Shown piece after piece: positions 15,111 to 22,921 of a DNA stretch of 64,000 nucleotides. This DNA comes from Bacteroidota bacterium. GTDB taxonomy: Bacteria; Bacteroidota; Bacteroidia; Bacteroidales; JAHJDW01. Position 1 is the stretch's first letter; each line of letters starts with the position of its first letter. The translations under genes were made by a program, and so were the position numbers. The notes below the pieces were generated by a model that was not told the origin of the DNA, did no database searches, and saw only the letters and a program-made list of their open reading frames with translations. The stretch is from assembly GCA_043800975.1 (NCBI GenBank), contig JAZDMK010000325.1, forward strand, positions 4,001 to 68,000, read 5' to 3'.

Positions 15111-16123
15111 GCGCAAAAAATCCATATCTGAAATACAATAAAGAAGCGAAAGCACAGATTGAAAAATATCGGAAAGACGGTGCCCGCCGATCTAGGGAAA
15201 ACAAAAATGAAGGAAAGCCCGAAGAAGCAATAAACAAAACATTTTTGTTTATCAAGTATACAGAACCCGACAACGGAAACAGGCCGATTCCATCAGGAAC
15301 CGTTTTCTGGAATAGTCCGGATATTGAATTATTTGATTCCGGCGAAAATGTGATCGCAAATAATCAAATCACTGCCGGTCAGTCATACGCTGTGAATGTG
15401 GTTGTACAGAACCAGGGAGATATGGCCTGCAACAGCTGCACTGTAGAGCTTTACCTCTGCAATCCGTATATCGGTTTCGACATGGCGCATGCTACGCTGC
15501 TCGGTGCGAAAGTAACAGCCGTTAATGCTCATGCATCCGCTATGGTTCGTTTTGATTACAACCCTACCAACGCTGAAGCCGGGCACAAATGTATGTTTGC
15601 ACGTGCCTACAGTTTTGCCTCGCTCGATATGCCCTTGAATGCCGCGGCTCTGGATACAGTGAACGATCGTCACATTGGGCAGCAGAACCTGAGTATTGTG
15701 GAACAATTGGAAGAATTCAGCTTTTTTATGGCTGCAAATTTTACAAAAATTACCACAGTAGAGCTGGCAATGAAAACAGTTAAACTGAATCCGGATCAAT
15801 TTCGGCAGACAGCAATCAAAAAAATGATCCCGGCAACTGTTAAAATGATGAATGCACCGGAAATCAAAAGAGCCGATATAACAAAACTGCCAGTTATTAA
15901 ACCCGGATTGAAACCCAAATTTTCAATCGGAAAATTTTCTGTGTTGAACCCTGCAATGAAAAATAAATGGGAAATAAAGCTGCAAAAAGATTCCCAGAAA
16001 TTTGAATTTACAGTTCCGAACCTTGGCTTGAAAAAGAAAGAAGCCGCCGTGCTGCAGATCGAAGCAATAGATGTTAAAACCAAAAAAAGCCTGGGGGGTT
16101 TAACCCTGATCGTTAAAGGCTGA
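15107..16123 (+). CDS. Hypothetical protein, possible CARDB/Ig-like beta-sandwich domain
   Basis: ATGA overlap with the upstream gene. GQSYAVNVVVQNQGDMACNSCTVELYLCNP resembles CARDB-type strands. The C-terminal third is Lys-rich. Confidence 0.4.
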   Translation: MSAKNPYLKYNKEAKAQIEKYRKDGARRSRENKNEGKPEEAINKTFLFIKYTEPDNGNRPIPSGTVFWNSPDIELFDSGENVIANNQITAGQSYAVNVVVQNQGDMACNSCTVELYLCNPYIGFDMAHATLLGAKVTAVNAHASAMVRFDYNPTNAEAGHKCMFARAYSFASLDMPLNAAALDTVNDRHIGQQNLSIVEQLEEFSFFMAANFTKITTVELAMKTVKLNPDQFRQTAIKKMIPATVKMMNAPEIKRADITKLPVIKPGLKPKFSIGKFSVLNPAMKNKWEIKLQKDSQKFEFTVPNLGLKKKEAAVLQIEAIDVKTKKSLGGLTLIVKG

Positions 16124-16195
16124 TTATTATTTCAAAAAGGCGTTGCAAAAGGTAATGCCTTTTTGTTTTTCATTCTCAAAGTAAATACCCGAAAC

Positions 16196-16741
16196 ATGGA
16201 AAAATTTATTGAGCTATTACTACCGGCTCTTCTTAGCGGCGCTTTTATCAGTACTGTCATGGGGCTGATCTTAAAAAGACGTACTGGTATAATTGAAGCT
16301 GAAATTAAAAATCAGTTTGAAGCCAATATGACGATTTTCAAAGCTGGATATCAATGGAAGGAAAAAGCACTTTCTGAACTGCTGGGGAAAATCTATGTTC
16401 AATTCAATAGAACAAAAAGTGCTCTGTATCGATATCATGAAACCAATCTTTATCTGGAGGCGAAGGTATTGAAGGAAGGGAATGAAGCCATCCGAAACCT
16501 GCTCCTCGAAAAGGCATACTTAATTCCCATTGAGCTTCTGAAAGACGCAAATGAACTAATAAAGCATTATGATGTGTGGCTTGAAGAATTTGATAAGCTC
16601 CGTGGAAACGTTAAGCCTGACCTGAATCACGAATTTGTATTCGTCGGTCCCAAGGGATTCCCATTTCCAAAAGATGCGGAAGCAAAATTCAAAAAAAAAT
16701 ATCTTGAACTATGGAATGAACTTTATGATAAACAATCCTGA
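16196..16741 (+). CDS. Hypothetical N-terminally membrane-anchored protein
   Basis: ATG at 16196 chosen over the TTG at 16163. MEKFIELLLPALLSGAFISTVMGLIL is a TM segment, followed by a helical soluble domain. Confidence 0.5.
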   Translation: MEKFIELLLPALLSGAFISTVMGLILKRRTGIIEAEIKNQFEANMTIFKAGYQWKEKALSELLGKIYVQFNRTKSALYRYHETNLYLEAKVLKEGNEAIRNLLLEKAYLIPIELLKDANELIKHYDVWLEEFDKLRGNVKPDLNHEFVFVGPKGFPFPKDAEAKFKKKYLELWNELYDKQS

Positions 16742-16746
16742 AAAAA

Positions 16747-16775
16747 CGGAACCTTTCAAAGTTACGGGGCATAAA
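16747..16775 (+). promoter_or_regulatory. Module P3 copy b: CGGAACCTTT-N8-GGGGCATAAA
   Basis: Same 18-nt GGAAC-to-GGGG offset as the other copies. It starts 6 nt after the stop of 16196..16741. Confidence 0.4.
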
Positions 16776-16828
16776 TAAAAAAAACACTACCATGAAAAAA
16801 AACCTTACACCGAATGTCACTTGTAATA

Positions 16829-16914
16829 CGTTATTGGTTAATAGTTATACGTTATTCGTGAAACTCTCCTTCACTTGAATACCATCTATTAACCATTAAC
16901 GAATAACGAATAAC
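16829..16914. repeat. Imperfect inverted repeat built from ACGTTATT / AATAACG words
   Basis: CGTTATTGGTTAATAG (16829-16844) against CTATTAACCATTAACG (16886-16901): 16 bp with 1 mismatch. CGTTATTCG also pairs with CGAATAACG. Confidence 0.75.
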
Positions 16915-16932
16915 TTTTTCCAAAGAGGGTAA

Positions 16933-16960
16933 TAACATTTTTCCATCTCGCCGGATTAAG
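16933..16960 (+). promoter_or_regulatory. Module P1 copy d: TAACA-N14-CGGATTAAG
   Basis: GGGTAATAACATTTTTCCATCTCGCCGGATTAAGGCA, 42 nt before the ATG at 17002. Confidence 0.45.
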
Positions 16961-17001
16961 GCAATAAATGAGATTCTGTTTTATTCAAAAAACCCCAAAA
17001 A

Positions 17002-17406
17002 ATGAAGTTGAACGTATTGTTTTCAGGGCTGATGCTGATAGGTTGTACAGCCCTCTTTGCGCAGACTCCCGCGATGGAGCTCGTTCCTGTTGCGGTGAAA
17101 GGTATTGCTATGTCGGGTGGGTTGAAGCTGAGTAAATGCTGCACCTACAGCCAGACCGATCTGAAAACCGAAGTATCCGAATGGCGCAAGCTGGAGGATT
17201 CAGGAATCTATGTGATACAAATGAAAGTAAGCTGGAAGGGTGGCGTAACGGGAAAAGATTATTGGATAAGCGGAAAACTTATCTGCGATTTGAAAGGCTG
17301 CCATGCGCGCTGGGAAAAGGAAAGCTACAGCGGCGGTTTTAACCCGAATTACGAAACCTATTGCCCGCTCGATTGCCTGGAGTTTTATGAGAAGAAAGGG
17401 AAGTGA
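17002..17406 (+). CDS. Small secreted protein or lipoprotein, unknown function
   Basis: Signal peptide MKLNVLFSGLMLIGCTALFAQ. 134 aa. Confidence 0.55.
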   Translation: MKLNVLFSGLMLIGCTALFAQTPAMELVPVAVKGIAMSGGLKLSKCCTYSQTDLKTEVSEWRKLEDSGIYVIQMKVSWKGGVTGKDYWISGKLICDLKGCHARWEKESYSGGFNPNYETYCPLDCLEFYEKKGK

Positions 17407-17444
17407 TATTTTTTTGAATGAATGTATTAACCCAACATAACAAA

Positions 17445-17477
17445 CAGCGGAAGCCGAAAAGCTGCGAGAGAGTAGGC
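17445..17477 (+). promoter_or_regulatory. Module P2 copy d: CAGCGGAAGCCGAAAAGCTGCGAGAGAGTAGGC
   Basis: Part of a ~75-nt stretch nearly identical to 21134-21205. It ends 21 nt before the ATG at 17499. Confidence 0.5.
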
Positions 17478-17498
17478 ACAATTAAACTATCAATCTCT

Positions 17499-18962
17499 AT
17501 GAAAAAAGGAAAATTTAGGTTTTTAACAATCGTTGCACTTGCAATGCTTACAAGCGCAAGTTACGGCCAGTTTAATTTTGGCTCAAATGGAACACTTGGC
17601 ACTTATAGCAGTGCCTCAGGAACAAATAATCAGGCAACGGGGAATTACTCATTTGTATCTGGCAATTATTCAAAAGCAAACGGATCCTACTCAGCAGCTT
17701 TAGGATATTACAACGATGTTACCGGTTCACAAGGTTTTGCGGCAGGATACAGCAATCTCGTTTATGGATCGATGGCGAGCATTGGTTTAGGTTACAGAGC
17801 CTATACAAATGGTCAAACAGCAGTTGCCGTTGGATACCATGTAAAGGCTCAAGCCAATAGATCTTTTGCATTTGGCGCAGGTGTGGACTATAGTAATTTC
17901 TTAATAAACAACACTGAAAATTCATTGATGGTAGGTTTCAACAGTAATATTCCAACGTTATTTGTAGGACCTTCAACAGGTGTGGGTACAACAGGAAGTG
18001 TTGGTATTGGCAACAGTGCACCCACCAAAAAACTGGATGTAACCGGTGATGTTGGTTTATCAGGTTTCCTATATGTAGGGGGTTCTGATTTAAGATTGGG
18101 TATGAATGACGGACGCGCTCAGGGATCCATCTTAACAAACCGGGCATTGGTTCATGGTAGTAATACAAGTACCGATGATTTGGTTTTAAATTATGGTGGC
18201 GATTTTGAAGCAGGAATTCGTTTAGCAGGTTCTAAAGTCATTGCTGAAGGAAATGTAGGTATTGGAAATTCGACGAATTATGCTCTTAATATTAACGCAA
18301 ATGTTAGTAATGAAAATCTTTCAAACGGAATTTGTCTGCAGTCTACTTCATCTGCTTGTATCGACTGGCGTTATGGATCCACTGGTATTTATCAGGCACG
18401 TATTCTGTACAATCAGAGTACATACGATATGGGCATACAGAACCTGACCAACGGTTCGATTATTTTCATGGCCAACAGCGGACAAATGAGATTAACTTCA
18501 GCAGGCAGACTTGGTATCAGCACAGCCACACCTATGGGCAAACTTCAAGCATCTTGTAATGATGGAAACTGGAGCTATGGAATCGTTTCTTCAGCCGATG
18601 CTACCAGCTATCCAAACACAAAATCACTCGTAGTGTATGATGAAAGTACTTCAACAGAAAATTTTGTTGTGTATCCTACCGGAAAAGTATATGCAAGAGA
18701 AATCACTGTGAAAACAGGTACTTTGCCTGACTATGTTTTTGAAGACAACTACAAATTGAAAAGCTTATCCGAACTGGAATCTTTCATCAAAGAAAACAAA
18801 CATTTACCCAATGTTATTTCTGCGGTAGAAGCTGAAAAAAATGGTGTTGATGTGGGTGAAATGAACAGAGTTTTGCTTGAAAAAGTTGAAGAACTTACAT
18901 TGTATATTATCGATATGCAGAAGCAAATTGATGAATTAAAAAAGTCAGATTCTAAAAACTAA
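17499..18962 (+). CDS. Tail-fibre-like secreted protein: YadA-head-like repeats and a coiled-coil C-terminal domain
   Basis: Start moved to MKKGKFRFLTIVALAMLTSASYGQ, because the P2 module occupies the upstream part of track ORF 17418. Repeats SGTNNQATGNYSFVSGNYSKANGSYSAALGYYNDVTG. C-terminus PDYVFEDNYKLKSLSELESFIKENKHLP...VEELTLYIIDMQKQIDELKK is typical of Bacteroidota 'tail fiber domain' proteins. Confidence 0.65.
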   Translation: MKKGKFRFLTIVALAMLTSASYGQFNFGSNGTLGTYSSASGTNNQATGNYSFVSGNYSKANGSYSAALGYYNDVTGSQGFAAGYSNLVYGSMASIGLGYRAYTNGQTAVAVGYHVKAQANRSFAFGAGVDYSNFLINNTENSLMVGFNSNIPTLFVGPSTGVGTTGSVGIGNSAPTKKLDVTGDVGLSGFLYVGGSDLRLGMNDGRAQGSILTNRALVHGSNTSTDDLVLNYGGDFEAGIRLAGSKVIAEGNVGIGNSTNYALNINANVSNENLSNGICLQSTSSACIDWRYGSTGIYQARILYNQSTYDMGIQNLTNGSIIFMANSGQMRLTSAGRLGISTATPMGKLQASCNDGNWSYGIVSSADATSYPNTKSLVVYDESTSTENFVVYPTGKVYAREITVKTGTLPDYVFEDNYKLKSLSELESFIKENKHLPNVISAVEAEKNGVDVGEMNRVLLEKVEELTLYIIDMQKQIDELKKSDSKN

Positions 18963-18982
18963 TAATTACAAATTATTCTGAT

Positions 18983-19663
18983 ATGAAAAAGTTGTTTTTC
19001 TTATTATCATTTTTATTAATGGTAATTGTATCACAATCTCAAGATATCAAATTTGTCGTGCAAGAGAAATTGAATGTTGGTTTGGATATGATTAAAGACT
19101 TTAAATACGTCAATAATCAATATTTATTCTTAAACAAATCAACTCTGAAGACAATGGATATGAAAGGGAATGAATTGAATTCTAAGAGTGTTGAAGGTGT
19201 TAATGGATTTGATTGGTCTGATGGGAAGATTCAGACGATTTCATCCAAAAACAACATCAATAGTAACACAAAATATTCTGATAAATATAGTTTGGAAATG
19301 AAATTTCTTTCTCCATATGAAGATGGGTATTTTACCTGCAAAGTTATTACTGCTGGAAATTCTGTTTCATATAGTAGTGCTATTGTTTTCGTTGATAACA
19401 GCGGAAACGAAAAAATCTTTGACTATATTGAAGGTGTACCTTCCGGCCTTTTTGAAAAAGACGGAAAACTTTATTACGTGCTTAGCAAAAACGTAAAAGG
19501 AGAAAATGGGTTTCTGAAAGTTTATGATATTATGACAAAATCGAATGCAGGCATTGAAGAAATACCTGTTGTTGATCCAGTTGGCATAAGCATAGATACA
19601 GAAGGTAATTTCTACTCTTATTCTTCTTTTACAAATGAAATCATTAAATTCAGGAGGAAATAA
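18983..19663 (+). CDS. Secreted hypothetical protein
   Basis: Signal peptide MKKLFFLLSFLLMVIVSQSQ. 226 aa. Confidence 0.55.
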   Translation: MKKLFFLLSFLLMVIVSQSQDIKFVVQEKLNVGLDMIKDFKYVNNQYLFLNKSTLKTMDMKGNELNSKSVEGVNGFDWSDGKIQTISSKNNINSNTKYSDKYSLEMKFLSPYEDGYFTCKVITAGNSVSYSSAIVFVDNSGNEKIFDYIEGVPSGLFEKDGKLYYVLSKNVKGENGFLKVYDIMTKSNAGIEEIPVVDPVGISIDTEGNFYSYSSFTNEIIKFRRK

Positions 19664-19664
19664 T

Positions 19665-21053
19665 ATGAAAAAAATCATTCTTATAATATTAATTGCTTTT
19701 TCTTCCTCGTATGTAAAAGCTACAAATTACGCTATACTTGTTTCTGCCGGACTAGCTACAATTGATGATGCGTTCAGCAACAGTGAATATTGGTACGACC
19801 TGTATCTTTCTTATGAAGATCTTATCATAAAGGAAGGATATGATGAAGACAATGTCTTTGTTTTTTATGGAGCCGGATCCGATTTCACAGCAACCACCAA
19901 AGACCGTTATAAAATAGGCTATCATGGTTGGACGAATCCGATTACGGACTTTAACAACTCCTATTCAACACTTGTAACACAATTCACGGCTATTGGAAAT
20001 ACAATAACCAGCAATGACAATGTTGTAATAAGGTGGGTTGTCGGTCATGGCGGAAATGCTGGAAGTAATGATAATTACTCAGCATTGATTCAGAATACAA
20101 GTCAAAATGTTAGTGAAGCGCAGATTCAAAGTTTGGTTTCTCTTATCCCGAATTATAATAGAAAAAGTATAATTTGGATGACATGTATGAGTGGTTGTTT
20201 GGTGAAAGGAAGTTCTACCTTAAACTATGCCCGAACGTCTGTACTTACCAGTTCTGACTGGGATGAGTATTCCTACGGCGCGTATTATCCGGAAGGCCAT
20301 GCAGAGTTGAACTATGTTGTAAACAGCTCTTTGTACGGACAGGATTATGCGGGTACAACATACAATGGTGATCAGAATAATGATCACATAATTAGCTTCA
20401 ACGAACTTTATCTGGAAACGCAAAACAGCACCCCGGCTATGCAGTCTGAAACTCAGTTGGGCAATGCCTGTTCAATTGCAAACAGGGATTATATCAGTGA
20501 ATCCATCCTCCTTGATAATGCTACTATAAGCAATACACAGGACTATGCAACGCGTTTCATTAATGCAAATAATTGTACTGTTAGCAGCAGCGGGATTGTA
20601 CATTTTGTTGCTCAGGAAAAAACGGTATTGTCAATTGGTTTTCATGCAAGTTCTTCTTGTCAGTTTCATGCCTATTTAAGTAATGAAACCTGCGCTGGCG
20701 TTTTGAAAGAAGTTAATAACTCGACCAGTAATAACAATGAAGTCGAAGAAAATGAATACTTCATTTCTCAGCTTCATGGAGTTAATCAAGCAGTTTCTGA
20801 AAACAATTCCGAAAGTTCATTTGATCTTTATCCCAACCCAGCCAATGGAGCTTTCACTATTCAGGTAAATAATATCACATCCGAAGAAGGTATTCACATT
20901 GAAGTGGTTAATTATACTGGAAAAATAATTGAGAGCCTGGTTACGAACACATCAAAATGTGTATTCGATTTATCGAACCAACCCAAAGGGATATACCTGG
21001 TTCGTGTAAAACATCAGGATAAAATTTTTACTAAAAAACTGATCATTCAATAA
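19665..21053 (+). CDS. Clan-CD-like (legumain/caspase-type) cysteine peptidase with T9SS type A sorting domain
   Basis: Start at MKKIILIILIAFSSSYVKA. NYAILVSAG, candidate catalytic His (WVVGHGG) and Cys (WMTCMSGC). C-terminus FDLYPNPANGAFTIQV...GIYLVRVKHQDKIFTKKLIIQ. Confidence 0.5.
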   Translation: MKKIILIILIAFSSSYVKATNYAILVSAGLATIDDAFSNSEYWYDLYLSYEDLIIKEGYDEDNVFVFYGAGSDFTATTKDRYKIGYHGWTNPITDFNNSYSTLVTQFTAIGNTITSNDNVVIRWVVGHGGNAGSNDNYSALIQNTSQNVSEAQIQSLVSLIPNYNRKSIIWMTCMSGCLVKGSSTLNYARTSVLTSSDWDEYSYGAYYPEGHAELNYVVNSSLYGQDYAGTTYNGDQNNDHIISFNELYLETQNSTPAMQSETQLGNACSIANRDYISESILLDNATISNTQDYATRFINANNCTVSSSGIVHFVAQEKTVLSIGFHASSSCQFHAYLSNETCAGVLKEVNNSTSNNNEVEENEYFISQLHGVNQAVSENNSESSFDLYPNPANGAFTIQVNNITSEEGIHIEVVNYTGKIIESLVTNTSKCVFDLSNQPKGIYLVRVKHQDKIFTKKLIIQ

Positions 21054-21070
21054 TGGGTTATTAATCCTTA

Positions 21071-21104
21071 GAAAACCGGTAATACTATTTGCCGGTTTTC
21101 TTTT
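21071..21104 (+). terminator. Rho-independent terminator
   Basis: GAAAACCGG-N12-CCGGTTTTC followed by TTTT. Confidence 0.7.
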
Positions 21105-21165
21105 ATTGAAACACTTAAGAGATGTTGTATTTTTTTGAACGAATGTTTTAACCCAACATAACAAA

Positions 21166-21198
21166 CAGCGGAAGCCGAAAAGCTGAGACAGAGTAGGC
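21166..21198 (+). promoter_or_regulatory. Module P2 copy e: CAGCGGAAGCCGAAAAGCTGAGACAGAGTAGGC
   Basis: Extended homology from TTTTTGAACGAATGTTTTAACCCAACATAACAAA. It ends 21 nt before the ATG at 21220. Confidence 0.5.
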
Positions 21199-21219
21199 GA
21201 TAATTAAACAACTATTTTC

Positions 21220-21726
21220 ATGGCTTTATTAAACGAATTAACGCTCGATCAAATGGTCGACCAGGCATTAGAAATGCAGAATCTTTCCGAAAATGATTTG
21301 CTCGTTAAGATGGGCACCATCATGGACAACAACGGATATCAGGTGTTGACTGCAGGCCCGCTTCTTTCAGAAGTTCATCAGGAAGGACATCTTTCTGTAA
21401 AAAGCATTGTGGCATTTCACACAGCTAAAGAACTTTCAACTGATGATCCCAAAGAAGAAGGAAAACGTTTTATCGATCGCTTGCTGGCTCAAATCAAACA
21501 TGAGATCTGTACAAACAAAAACATTTATAACTGGCTTGTGAATGATAATTCCGATCTTAAGAAAGAAGCTATCAAAAAAATTATCAGCATTGCCCTCACA
21601 ACACTCGGGTTAGCTGTTGCCGGTTGGGTCATTGCATTGCTTGTAGTTGCCATTGCTTTTCTACTTAAGCAGGGATATATTGCATTTTGCTCTCCTTTAT
21701 GGGACACCGAAGGTAAGCCCGTTTGA
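21220..21726 (+). CDS. Hypothetical tail-anchored membrane protein
   Basis: Soluble N-terminal domain with a C-terminal TM segment IISIALTTLGLAVAGWVIALLVVAIAFLL. Confidence 0.5.
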   Translation: MALLNELTLDQMVDQALEMQNLSENDLLVKMGTIMDNNGYQVLTAGPLLSEVHQEGHLSVKSIVAFHTAKELSTDDPKEEGKRFIDRLLAQIKHEICTNKNIYNWLVNDNSDLKKEAIKKIISIALTTLGLAVAGWVIALLVVAIAFLLKQGYIAFCSPLWDTEGKPV

Positions 21727-21814
21727 TCATTCATTTATTTTTGAAATGAAGCTTTCTCTGATAATCAGGGAGAGCTTTATTTTACCCGGTTTAAAAAATT
21801 ATTTTACTCAATTC

Positions 21815-21843
21815 CGGAACCTTTTAATATCTCGGGGCATTAA
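21815..21843 (+). promoter_or_regulatory. Module P3 copy c: CGGAACCTTT-N8-GGGGCATTAA
   Basis: Same spacing as copies a and b. It lies 34 nt before the ATG at 21877. Confidence 0.4.
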
Positions 21844-21876
21844 CTAAAAAAAGTAATATCATTTAAAAATTAAACT

Positions 21877-22419
21877 ATGAACTCTAACAAAATTAAAGCT
21901 TTTGGTCTTCTCATCACGCTCACTTCTATTATTATTAAGGTTTTCTTTCTGGACCATTATTCAGAACAAAGAGTAAAAACTCAAAATATGTTTACAGATT
22001 ATCAAACGCTTACAACTGGTGCTATGTTAAATGATATTCTCCTTTTCGGCAATACTGATTTTAAAGGAGCCCCAGGAGATATCCCCAATCAGGCCATTAA
22101 TTATAATAATGCCACAGCATTAATGATAACAGCATCTGTTGAAACTGATCAAAAAGTAAAAGAACGAATGATAATCAATATGAATCAACGCTGCAAGGAA
22201 GTTAAAACAATGGATCAGTATAAAATTTTTAGACAATATTGCATGCAACTTCAAAAAGAAACATTGGATGATTTCCAAAAGCAGTATAACACTGAAGAAA
22301 GCAATCTAAGTTTGTATAATACTCTTGTAATCATTTTTACAATTTTGGGCTCTCTTCTACTTGTAATTGGTGAGTTTATTGAAGCACGAAAACCGAAATT
22401 TATCCCAAAACATAAATAA
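21877..22419 (+). CDS. Hypothetical two-TM membrane protein
   Basis: N-terminal TM (AFGLLITLTSIIIKVFFL) and C-terminal TM (LVIIFTILGSLLLVIGEFI). Confidence 0.5.
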   Translation: MNSNKIKAFGLLITLTSIIIKVFFLDHYSEQRVKTQNMFTDYQTLTTGAMLNDILLFGNTDFKGAPGDIPNQAINYNNATALMITASVETDQKVKERMIINMNQRCKEVKTMDQYKIFRQYCMQLQKETLDDFQKQYNTEESNLSLYNTLVIIFTILGSLLLVIGEFIEARKPKFIPKHK

Positions 22420-22530
22420 AAGAAAAGCTAATTGTTAAGCATTGTTTTTTTTCAAAGTTCAACCGCGATGATTGGGAGAAGGATTGAAAGACTTTAAAAC
22501 ATTTTATTTACAAACTAAAACTTTAATACT

Positions 22531-22785
22531 ATGCTTCACGAAAATATTTTAGAAAACTGGTCAGAATATGACAACAGAAAATTAAAAAAGGAAGATGCAC
22601 TTTTCTTCTCTTGTGATGAGAGCTGGGAAAGAGAATATTTGATTAAGAAAATCAAATACCATAATCCTGCATTAACTGAAGAAACCATTCTCCTGGCAAT
22701 TTTAAACTGCTGCAAAAAAACAAATGCACCAAGACCCAGAAAAGCTTTTGTGATTTGTGTACTACGCGAATTAGGTTTAGAATAA
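22531..22785 (+). CDS. Small hypothetical protein (84 aa)
   Basis: ORF only. An antisense ORF of similar size overlaps it. Confidence 0.35.
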   Translation: MLHENILENWSEYDNRKLKKEDALFFSCDESWEREYLIKKIKYHNPALTEETILLAILNCCKKTNAPRPRKAFVICVLRELGLE

Positions 22786-22921
22786 AAATTATTTTTTATG
22801 AACGATCTCATCAACTGCCCTATAACGTTGCTCCCAAAATAAACTTGCACAATCCACCTGATTTCGTATTTTTGAAATCAATAAAACCCCCATACCATCC
22901 AATCATTTCATTTCATGAAAA

